Positions 14,357 through 26,047 of a stretch of DNA of 64,000 bases are shown here, one piece after another. Source of the stretch: Anolis carolinensis (taxonomy: Eukaryota); NCBI RefSeq assembly GCF_035594765.1, contig NC_085841.1, positions 259,934,525 through 259,998,524 of the forward strand, written 5' to 3'. The notes beneath the pieces were generated by a model that saw only the letters and a list, made by a program, of their open reading frames with translations, was not told where the DNA came from and ran no database searches. Positions within the stretch are counted from its first letter, which is position 1. Each line of letters begins with the position of its first letter. The translations under genes were made by a program, and so were the position numbers.

Positions 14357-17166
14357 TATTCTACTTCTAGTGTACAATACGCTGCCACCTATAACTCGTT
14401 TTTCTTTTTCTTTTCTCTTTTTACTTGGTAGCTTTTAGAAAAAAAAATCCACTCATATGCCCTGGAGCAGCGTTAGTTTGCTCCAAATTCAGGGCCATTG
14501 TTCAGATGGTGGGAGATAACTGCTGCTCCACTGGGGTAACATACATCTTACCTCCTCTGTGTTGCCACTGCTGCTCCTAGCTGGCCACAAAGTTGACTAC
14601 TTTGTGCAAGTTCCTGGCTGTTGTGGGTACCTCTGCTGACATCAGAATGAGGCATCCACACCACTAGCATGATAGAAATGGGAGATACCCTCTCTTCTTC
14701 TTGATTTTGCAGATGCCCTGTTCTGATCTCAGCAGAGGCGCCTGCATAACCAGACAGACGAGGGGAAGCCACTTGGTTGCATGGCCACCTCTGCAGCATG
14801 AGTGCCATCCATCTGCTTTCCCTGTGCTAGTGTGCACGGGGAAAGGGTGATGACACTAGTACTCAGTCGGGAATACAATTCAAGCTGAATTGGATCTGAA
14901 CTTACTGTTCAGACTGCTCCAAAGCCGCAGGATATTCTGGCGTTCCCAGAAAAGGTGAATACTCACCTGACATAGCTGTGCATCATGAAGACAGACAGCC
15001 TTCCATTGGGGTGAGTCCAGTGGTTTTGACCAGTGCATACAAGACCCCGGTCTTTTTCTGATTTCTTAATTATACTCTCCGTTATGACTAATAACTGAGC
15101 CAAGGTATGGAAAATCTTTTAAGAATTTCAATCTAGTCCTTATCCACTTTAAATCTTATACATTTTAAGGGGTTATTGTTTTTACTTTCTTAATGGATAA
15201 TTTAGCTCTTAGCTTTGTATTTTCATCTTTAATTTTCATCAGCAACCTATTTAGTGTCTTTGCTATGCTCTGATAGTAATATTGTGGTGTTTTGTACCTT
15301 AAATTGTTGATTTTTTTCCTCCTGTTTTTATACCTCTCTTCCTCTTAATCTATTCCCACATTCTGTATAAAATTTGTGCACAACCTAAATATACTCCTTC
15401 TGTCCTTTCAAGTTGCTGCAGAGTTTGTTTGCTTTGCAGGCTAAAGTTTTTCTTTTCCTCTTCCTTATATTTGGTAGGTGTGGCTGGTTAGGCTACTTGT
15501 TGTTACAGGTGTATTATTACAGGAACATTTGGAGAGGAATCTGGAAAGTAAACGTGCAAATAACTGATAGAGGATTTATAATTATATAATACTGAGAGAC
15601 ATGGCTATCCATTAGCACTTTAAAAGCACATGGTATTTAGAATTTCTGACTGATTCATTTTTAAAATTCCCAAAATGCTATAAAGAGAACTATGCAGTTC
15701 ATTCATGCCTTGCCTGTTTCACATTGCCATTATATATATTTGCACTGGTAAAACGTTATGTAAAAGAATATTGTTCATATAATTGCACATAAATTATTTT
15801 TCTCCCAAACTTATGATCTTGCAACCTTGGTGATGCTCCTGCAGGAAGGAGGCACTGCTTCAGAGAAAAAAAACCTGTTTGCCCTTTTGGCAGTGGAAGC
15901 ATGTGAAGCAATTGATGGTGGAGCGCCAGAGATTGACTGGGATTTGTTGATTGTTAATTGTAGCAGAATTTAGCTGTCTTAAGTCATGACCAGCTTGGTT
16001 CACAATCAGGACATCAGGGTTAAGATATGCATCCTTTTGTGGGTGCATCAGCACTGTAGAATTATTGCAGTTAGACACCACTTTGACTGCCCTGGCTCAT
16101 TGCTGTAAAATCCTGGGAAGACAGGGACCTCTGTAGCAGAAAATTCAAAAGACCCTGCCCTAAACTATATTTCCCAGAATTCTGTCCGTTTCCCGCGTTA
16201 AAGCCTCAATGTAAATGTGGTCTCTGCCCGTCTTTCTCTGGTCTGGCCATATGCTGGAGGAGTTTATTCCTTGCCTGGCCATCCATCCAGCCAGACATCC
16301 CTCACACCCTTCCTCCCCCCCTTTGCCACCCCCTTTGGGGAAAGAGTGGGGTTTCTCTCTTCACACTGGCCTTGCCATCTTCCTCAGGGCCCTTTGGGAG
16401 AATTAAATCCAGCCCTATTGGGGGAGAAGCGGTGTCCGCAACGGAGACCTGGAGCCATTTACAAGACTTACATAACTCTTCTGTAAGTCGTTGGTCAGTG
16501 TTTTGAATCTTAAGTTTTTTGCATGGGCACCTCTTGCATTTGTTAATATCGAGTCGTATGTATGAATCTTACAAAATAGATATGACAAATGAGGAACAAA
16601 TTAAATGTTGCACAGCCCTACACCTCATGTAAGAAATTGATCCAGTGTGACTTACACAGAAATAATCAAATTGATTCAATTTATTAAAGGGTTAAACATA
16701 ATAGAGTTTAAGGGGTACAGCTGCTGCTAGGTCCATTCCTGATCCTAATGCTTCGAAACCCCACAACTTTGTACCCCAGGAAAAGGTTTTTAATAAAAAG
16801 GAAAATCATATATAAGTCCGTGCCTTATGGGACTTATCAGCCTTTCGCAGGGCATATAAAACACACCTGTTTCAGCAGGCTTTTGATCTCTGTTACTGCT
16901 ATTTTTAAATTATTTTAGATTTTAGCCTGTTCTTGTAAGCTGCCCCAAGCTCTAGGGGAGTGGTGGCATATAAGTTTGAATAATAAATAAATAAATATCT
17001 ATTTGTAGTTTTTGTGAACTATAAATCTTTCAAGTGGGGGGAGTACTGTGGCTAGATAACAATTGCACCAATTCTGTATAATTCTTGTGTCCATGGTCAC
17101 TACATTATTGATATGTGTGTTTGTGTGGGTTCTAAAGAAGTGACCAACTCATTAGAAAACACCTTT

Positions 17167-17630
17167 AATAATAATAATAATAATAATAATAACAACTTTA
17201 TTTTTGTATGCCGCCTCCATCTCCCCCAACGGGGACTCGGAGCGGCTCACATGGGGAGCAAGCCCAGTCAATCACATTTAACATCAGAAGGTCATCCGTC
17301 ATACAAAAAGCATCATAATAAAAACAATTTAAACAAAACATAGTTAAAAGACATCATTAAGACACAATAATAAAATTACTAACAATCACCATATGCCAGT
17401 AAAAAAGTCCAATATAGAACATAAATGGGCAACAATCCAAACTGATAAAAGTATCTATATCAAGATAGGCATACTTGGAAAAAATATAAAAGGGAAGATG
17501 AATCTAGGTGGAAATACAGTTGTAAAGTGACAAGGAAGTTTCAATATAGATAAGGGTCAGGTATAACAGACTTGTTTAGTCGAAAGCATGACCAAACAGC
17601 CATGTTTTTAACTGTTTCTGAAAGACATCG
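17167..17630 (-). mobile_element. L2-type LINE 3' fragment with (TTA)n tail (similar at 60188-60390; + copy ~16810-16995)
   Basis: gccgccccgagtcccc...ggagatggaggcggc-like L2 terminal stem-loop plus microsatellite tail. Confidence 0.65.
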
Positions 17631-18007
17631 ATTTGTCATGAAATACATTTGTCATGTATTTCATGACAAATAACAGGCAGCATTTAAAACTGGGCAAAAA
17701 GAAATCCAACGCAAGGGACAACTGAGCATCACCAGTACATTGCTCTTTTCCGGTCAACAGACTGGGCTATTGATGTCCCCTCTGTCTCATATAGGCATCC
17801 ATGTGCAAGTTTAAAAGAGAGCTCAACTACATACAGACTTTATAGGGATATTAAAGACCTTGCACCCAGTATTTAAAATGCCCAGCATTCAAGGTTTGCT
17901 ATGCCAGGTGCAGACATAATAAAAATTATCTTCCCATAAATTTGAGGCAGATTTTAAAAAGAATTAAGGTGTGTTTATAGAACAGCCTCAAGAGAGAGAG
18001 ATTTCAT

Positions 18008-18735
18008 TTACTGAGGTCGAATTTTCATTTCTGCATATTTGTAAGAATAATGGTGTCCCTTTCCAGCAACCCAGTTGATGCCATCAGCATAAGAGGTATG
18101 TTCCCCCCTGAGGTACAGGCCATTCAGGTTGGATGTGTGGCAATGACTATACCACCAGCCTCCCTTATACATCACAGCACAGCTTCCTGATTCATAGCCA
18201 TCATTGTCCCTGTCTCGTGTGGAGAATGCAAAGCCACTGTGCCCTGAAAATGAATCACCTGAAAGAGAATGAAAAAAGGAAAAGCAGATATAAACTCTTC
18301 AGAATCAACTTAGTATGTGTTCTCTATGTGATGAAAATGCAAATTTGTTGCTAGAAAATATTAAACAAGTGATCAAACCAAAGGAAATTGTTTGCATTCA
18401 GAAGGTCCCTGTTTCTCTGTATAAGTTTGGGAAAAAAACCCTTTCTTGGACCAGAAAGATTAACTGCCACTTCATGTAGACTAGGGTATGGACAAATTTT
18501 GCAGGTAGGAATGGGAGCTTACATCCCTCATTTCAATGTAGTGGGGCCAGATATATGTTCAACATTGGATTCCTCCAAAGCTTTCTAAGGGTCCTATTCC
18601 TTTCGTTGTTTCTAGTTTTGTTATTCATTTAGGACAGTTAACTAAATATTTAAAACAATGCAAATTAAAAACAAATCACCCACTAACATAGCATATAAAC
18701 GTCATATTTACAAACAATTAAAATATAACTTAAAG

Positions 18736-18768
<33 letters not shown>

Positions 18769-21700
18769 CATCATTTATACACCATTTTTTCTTTCCACAT
18801 TAAACATTAAAGTGTTGTAGTAGAGCCTGTGAGTAACGTTACAATCAGTAGTATGGGCGCCAGAAGGGGAAAAAGGGTTACTCAGGAGCAGGAATCCAAT
18901 GATGAGCAGCAGAGAAAGAAGATCCGGGACATACTTACAGCATCTATAGATGAGGAGTCGTTTGAGGGATTCTCTGGGGATGATAATGTTGCAGACAGTA
19001 GTATGGGTGTCAGAAGGGGGGAGAGTTACTCGGGAGCAGGAATCTGATGATGAGCAGCAGAGAAAGAGAATTCGGGACATACTTACAGCACCTACAGATG
19101 AAGAGTCGTTTGAGGGATTCTCTGAGGATGATGGGTCAATGAGTGAAGGAGAAGAAGGAGACACCATGGATTGGACTAAGATAAGAGAAGTGCAAGCTAT
19201 TTGTGAGGCACCAACAACTAGTGATACCTGTATGGGGTTCTCTGGGAGTGAAGACTGGTAATCAGGGGATCCAACTTATTCTTGGGGGGGATCTAAGTCT
19301 TGACAGGAGATGGAGGAATTAGAGGGAGAGTCAAAGGAATTCACGTGAAGAGCTGGGAGCAGCTGTGGGGGATGGTGATGGGGCGGTGGTCAGTTCATCC
19401 TCTGATGATGGTTTGTAGATAAAAGTGGGTTCAGGGGTGAGGGGTCTTTGCAGAAGGCAAGGTGTTGATGTGTGTTCGTGTGCTGTGTATTGGGAAAGTT
19501 TCTTGTAGTCTTGCTGCTTCCTGTTTCATGTTCGGCGTTGGACTCGGATCTGCAGTTTGGACTGGTTTGGCTGGAGACGCTGCTTCTGCAGACATTGGAG
19601 CAACACTGCTTTGATTCCTCCTGCTTTGACCTTGGACTTTGGCTGACCATGCTTCTCTTCTTGCAACTCCCTCTTTTAACCATTTGTGTAAGGTGCCTTT
19701 TGTTTTGCCTTAGAGCACTTTGTTTGACTTGTTGATTTTTGCATCCAGTTGATTTCTGTTTACCTTTTGTACCAGGTGTGGTTTTTGAGTTTTTGACCAG
19801 TGGAACTGCATTTAAGTATCCCTGCGTCCTTTTCCTTTTGTTTCAATAAACTCTGTTTTGAAGACACTTTTAAGTCTGGCCCTTTAAGGCGTATGTGATT
19901 CCAACATAAAATATTACAATGCATTCAAAGACTACAGGCAATCCCCAAGTTCCAAACAAGGTAGGTTCTCCAGCACATATATATGATGAAAATGCAAATT
20001 CATTGCTAGAAAATATTAAGCAATTGATCATATGTACATACATACATGCATACAAAATAGGGAAGGTTTAAAACCTCTGTGGTGTTTGTTTTGCTGTCTA
20101 TGCCCCTGTTCAGAATATTTCACATCACTTTCTGTCCCTGTGAATGATAACTGGATTTTGAGAAAATTGTCTTGTTGCAGAAACAAGGATTGGCGAGAAA
20201 GCTTCAGTGGAGACACCCGATAACCCTTTCAGGAGTAAATGTTCTTTCTTAGGGGTAGATTTCTGTCACTTCCTGTTGTAAGTTGGGGACTGCCTATATA
20301 TGCAAACTCTTTAAAATCCCTTAGAAACATGCACTATGCATGGTGTTTTAATAAAGGTTCAGGCAAATTTATGTCAGATAGGACACATCTGTCAAGGGCA
20401 ATTTGCACACATCTTTTCATATCCTTACCGATAGTTACTTTACACATCCTCATGTTCAAAAGTGTAACTCACCCATGTTGCCACCTATATAAGAGCCCAC
20501 TAACAGTGTGTAATTTTCTTCCTCACTTGAGATTTTGAAATTAGTGTACGTTGCATAAGTTCTAGTGTCACTCATGTCCTTCACCTCAATCCTCAACTGC
20601 TGTGTTCCTGGTAAGAGACATCACAGAGGAAGTATTATTTTCAAGAGAACCCCATAGACTTGGAGACAGAATGCTCTGTCTGGGCTTCACATTTGGTTAA
20701 CGTGTAATTTCAATCCAAAAATATGGGGAATGAAAGATTAAGGTAGTGAGTTTCTTCAAAGAGTCTTTCTACTGATGTGTTTCCATGAAACAGAGGAATA
20801 AATCAAGAACCCTAGCGACATGGCATGGGTGAAGGAAGCTATGGGTGCAACTGCATTATACAATTAGAGCAGTTTTATTCCACTAACTGCTATACTTGCA
20901 TGCTATGGGCTCCTGGGATCTGTAGTTTCATGAGGTGTTTAGAATTTCCTATTAGAGGGCTCTTGAACTCCCTTGAACTATGTCTTTCCAAATACGTTTC
21001 CCATATTTCCCAGGGATTAAGGATTAAATCAAGACACCTGGAGATCTCTACTGCAGAAGAAAATGCTAACAGAACCAACTGTTCAACTGTTAAATTGTTT
21101 AATTTCTGTTGATCAAGCACTGTATATCAACCTTCAAATGGAATATTTTAGCATCTTCCCTCCTTTGCCACCTCCTGGTCTAATGGCTGACTTCCAAAAA
21201 TGCAGTTGAGACTTGCTGAGGGGGAAGGGAATATCCTAAAGGGAAGGGGCTAACTCTGGATCCCTCCCATAATGACTATTTACAATATGCAGGATAACCT
21301 CTCCTAACTAAGCAAGAAAACAGAGGAGGTTTCTGTGGGGGCTTGACAAAACTAGTTCTAAAAGCCTCCATATCCCAAATTCATAATCTCTTACTGATAG
21401 ATTTTGTGTAGAAATATAAGCTCTAACCACCCAGTTCAGTAAATCACATACTCACACTGTTCCACATTTCATTTTTCAACAATCATGAATATTGTTCTAT
21501 TTGTAACAAGCAGCAGCAACATGGGTTTACCTGTGATTGTGAGTAGATGGATTTTATCATTGCCCAGCCAGAATTCTGATGCTTGGTTTCCAAACCCATT
21601 TTTGTAGGATGACCAGTCACGGTAGAAATCCACTGATCCATCTTGCCGCCTCTGGAAAACCTAGGTGTGGACAGAGGGCAATGATATATAGTATGCAACC

Positions 21701-24700
21701 ACCATGGAACTGATTTGCCCCCACTTTGGGATAAAGGGTCCGTGTAATTAGGTTCTGTGACACAAATTGAGTATAATACTGATTTTGTGGAAAGATCTGC
21801 TTACTGACTGACATTGCACCCAGGAGGCAAGTGTGCAAGATGGGAAAAGGTTGAAATTGCACAAATGAAAGTTGTGTGAGCATAATGACCCCCATCGGCA
21901 ATGTTTTTAAAAGGATTGTAAAGGAGAGATTTGCACATATCTTCATTACTCCCTTCTTAGAATCATAGAATCATAGAATAGTAGAGTTGGAAGAGACCTC
22001 ATGGGCCATCCAGTCCAACCCCCTGCCAAGAAGCACCCACATGACCATTGATTCAGATTAATAATTTGGGTACTCGGTTAGTATCCACCATGTTTCCTTA
22101 GGGAAACTTCTGTGACTTTCCCTCCACATTATATGGTGGTTAGTGCAGATTGTAGGCTCATATCTTGCACCCTTTGTTAAAGCTTACCAGCCAGCCTCCT
22201 CCATCAGTCTCCATGTCACAGAAGACGGCCATTGCTTTCCCCGTGGCAGGGTAGATTGTATACCAACCACTCAGTGTCTCTCCACGTCTGAGAAGCTCTT
22301 TGCAGTCTTTGGCTCCTGCCGCTACATGACATATCAAAGAGGAATGTGTTAACCCGTAAATGCAGTCTCCATTCTGGTAATATAATATGCATGAGGAGGG
22401 AAATAGGCCCTTTATTGCAGGGGTGAACAATTTCTAGAAGCGGTGTAGCCTCACAGCCTTCCTGCCTGAACTCCTGGGGGCTGCACCATCTCTAGAAACA
22501 CACCTGCTTCTCTAATCCCCTCTGCACTCTCTACCAGCCATGGAGAGGCTGTTGAGGACAGGATGGTGGTGGTATTGAAGCAACCTAGTGAGTCCGGCAG
22601 ATGGCCACAAGGAAGCTGTAATAGAGTTCCACATGCAGAACACATAATGTTATGCACATACAATTTATCACTTTTAAACTTATTTATTATGCAGTGCTTT
22701 TCCCATGAAATAAATAAATAAATATAAAATCTCAACTGTGAATTTTTGCATGCAGAAACAGTTTAATGCAATATTTTTGAAACTGATATAGGGCGCTTCC
22801 AGATAGCAATTTATTGCAGGTGCTGCCCACACGGGTGCCCAAAAGAAGTGGGCTTTCCGCTGGAATGGGGGCAACCAAAAATCCTGCTCTAAAACCTTTA
22901 AAATAAAGATTGGGCCCACGAGGCCCAAAGAAGTGAATTGGGCAGTGGGGACAGACTACTGGGTCCATGCTCCATTAGATCTGGGTCTTTCAGGAAGAGC
23001 TGGGTCTAATGAAGTATCAAAATAATTCATTACTTTTTTTTTTTTACCTAAGGTGTCGTTTGGATGCCTCTGGTAAAAGTCTGACGGGGCCCGCATTTCG
23101 GGCTCTGCCTGGATGGGCCCATAGTGATCGATCTTTGCTTCTTTTTTTTAAAAAAAGCAATGGCAACTCCACTAGAAAGTGGCAGTGTGTAAGATAATGA
23201 GTATATCTGTATCAGTCCGCTGTGACCCAGTATTTGCAGCACTTCCACTTTAGTGTCCTCCAGACTGAAAGAGCAAGAGGCAAAGGTCTGGTTGATGCAA
23301 AGCTGACACTGAAAATCAGTGACTCCCAGGGACCACAGACAGCTTTCAAAAACTATCTGCACATTTGATTTTTAAAGCCTAATGGTTAACTTTAAGCCAT
23401 AGCTGTTCTTCTAACATTTCTTGCTTTGCCTATACAGTAGAGTCTCACTAATCCAAGCTAAACGGGCCGGCAGAAGCTTGGATAAGCGAATATCTTGGAT
23501 TATAAGGACTGATCAAGGAAAAGCCTATTAAACATCAAATTAGGTTATGATTTTACAAATTAAGCACCAAAACATCATGTTAGACAACAAATTTGACAGA
23601 AAAAGTAGTTCAATACGCACTAATGTTATGTTGTAATTACTGTATTTACGAATTTAGCACCAAAATATCACGATATATTGGAAACATTGACTACAAAAAT
23701 GGCTTGGATTATCCAGAGGCTTGGATAAGCGAGGCTTGGATTAGTGAGACTCTACTGTATTTGACATGATAATTTTATTCTAGAAGTAGCAGTATCACAT
23801 TCATCCATGAGATGGCAGACTTCTCTAACCTGCCCTTGGGAAGCTGAAATCAGCTCTAAGAAATACTTTTCAGCAGACAGCCTCTGGGTTGCTTTCCTGG
23901 GAATTATAATCTTCCCCCTTTTGCTCCTTAACATTTCAATAAATTGCATTTGTGAGAGAGAAAGAGAAGAAATGCCACTGCCTGACAAATGGGAGAAGCA
24001 TGAACAGAGAAAAAGACTAAATGAGCATTGGGATGAAGAAAGAGAGAGAGAAAAAAGAAAGGAAGGGGAATAGAAGAGGGGGGAAACAAAAATTGACATG
24101 GTAATTAAGGGACATCTGTTTCATATTACATTCATTGTTAGCTGGCTTGAGCACCTATACTGGTGAGATATAAAACAAAGTTAATAATAATTTCTACATG
24201 AGGTTTCAGATCTATTTTGTCTATGTATGCATATGCTTCATCATTTAATACATTTTGATTGATATTTCCTAATGAGACTAATCTTCATTGACCATGACTG
24301 ATTATTTGAGATGGAAACTTATACCCCTCAGCCTTGCTTAAGGAGAACTGACCCATACTATCAGCCCCTGCCCCCAGTTTTGAGTCCGTGCTGAAGATGG
24401 TATTGGTGACAAGACATACCTTGGTGATGACAGTTGGCAAGGCTGCATGCCTCTCTTGTAGAAAGAGAAAAGCAGTTTCTGAAGTCAGCAAAGATGGTCC
24501 CCACATCATAATTAAAATGAGAATAAGAGCAGTTTCAGGGGCACTGTCTAGTGGCACTACATTTGTTTTTTTTTAAAAAAAATACAAATGTATTTTACCT
24601 GGGGAAGTAGAATTATGCAAAGTTTCTTCCACTCTGGACCTATTTTTGCAGACAAATGTAATAAGCAGAAGCATAAAGGCGAGTGCAGCTTGTAATGTTT

Positions 24701-25277
24701 GTGTGGGTTAGGTGTCACCTGTAATCCTGTTTCTATTTCTTCAAATGAGGTTGTAGTGAACTTACCCTGGTCTCCTTTCTCTCCCTTGGGTCCAGCTTTC
24801 CCAAGTGCCCCATCGGGGCCTCTGTCACCTGAGGGAAAGAGATCAGTGACTTTTCGGAAAACATTTGAAACACCTCTAGAATCCATATTTTCAAGCCATC
24901 CAATATATTGGTAAAATGTAGAAATCAATAGAGACCAGCCTGATAGATTGGAGTTGGTTGGTTTTCAGAACCTGGGTTAAATTTCAGCTTGAATTTGTAA
25001 GGACTCCCTTGAAGGCACTATCCTAGGTCACATCCACTTTAGTAATTTTTGGTCATTGGTTTTTGGAGAACATTGTTTGATGGAGCTTCAATGCTGCTGT
25101 TTTATACTTTATGTTTTAATTGTGTGTTTATCTGGTGTGGTGTATTTTATGATGCTCTTATTTTAATGGTGTGTTTTGTTTTAATTGATCATTTTTTTAA
25201 TGTCTTATGGACATTTTGTCCCATATTAAGCCGCCCTGTGTCTCTTCGGAAAGATGGTGGTGGGTATAAGAATAAAG

Positions 25278-25353
<76 letters not shown>

Positions 25354-25992
25354 ATAATAGTAAGTAAATCATAATGACTCTGTCCCTGCCAGAATGGCTT
25401 GAACTCTTACTCTTTCACCCCCACTTCTATTGTCTCTGCCCATAAGATTGCCCATATATACCCAAGGTATAAATCCACAGCCAGAGTTTAGAAAAGTTGC
25501 TTTTTGGATGAAAAGCAAATGCAGGGATTTTTTTGTGTGGACTATGTCTTTTTAAAAAACACAGCTGGCTGTGCTTAATGCGGGATTGTATGGCTGCACA
25601 GAACTGTACAGAACTGATCCAAGGTAACATGAGGCAAGAATGTGGCTTTGTCCCTGTGTTAAGTAAACTCAGGGGATTTGGACTATACCCTGACTTTGGT
25701 ATGTCTGAACAGTTGGGCTGATTCCACAGTGGAACTGGCTGCAACCGTTCCCTCTTCCATCCTGTGTTTCCCGCATGGGCAGTCCAGGGCCCTGAGATAG
25801 CAGTCACAATTCCCTCCTGCCCTCTGTGTCATGGAAGTCTCTGTCCGTGACGCATGTCTTAATGTCTGTCATTACCAACAGTGGCATTAGGTTTTTTTCC
25901 CTTCGTGTCAGGAGTTACTTGAGAAACCGCAAGTCGCTTTTGGTGTGAAAGTATTGGCCGTCTGCAAGGAAGTTGCCGAGGGGTCACCCAGA

Positions 25993-26047
<55 letters not shown>

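Noticed and set aside
18829-19261. Acidic repeated peptide DEESFEGFS
   Set aside because: Lies in an internally duplicated LTR-like insertion; frames are broken.
24285-24557. ORF-track frame [12 protein letters not shown] as the neck exon
   Set aside because: Wrong frame; phase-1 splicing gives [12 protein letters not shown], with cysteines conserved in all paralogues.
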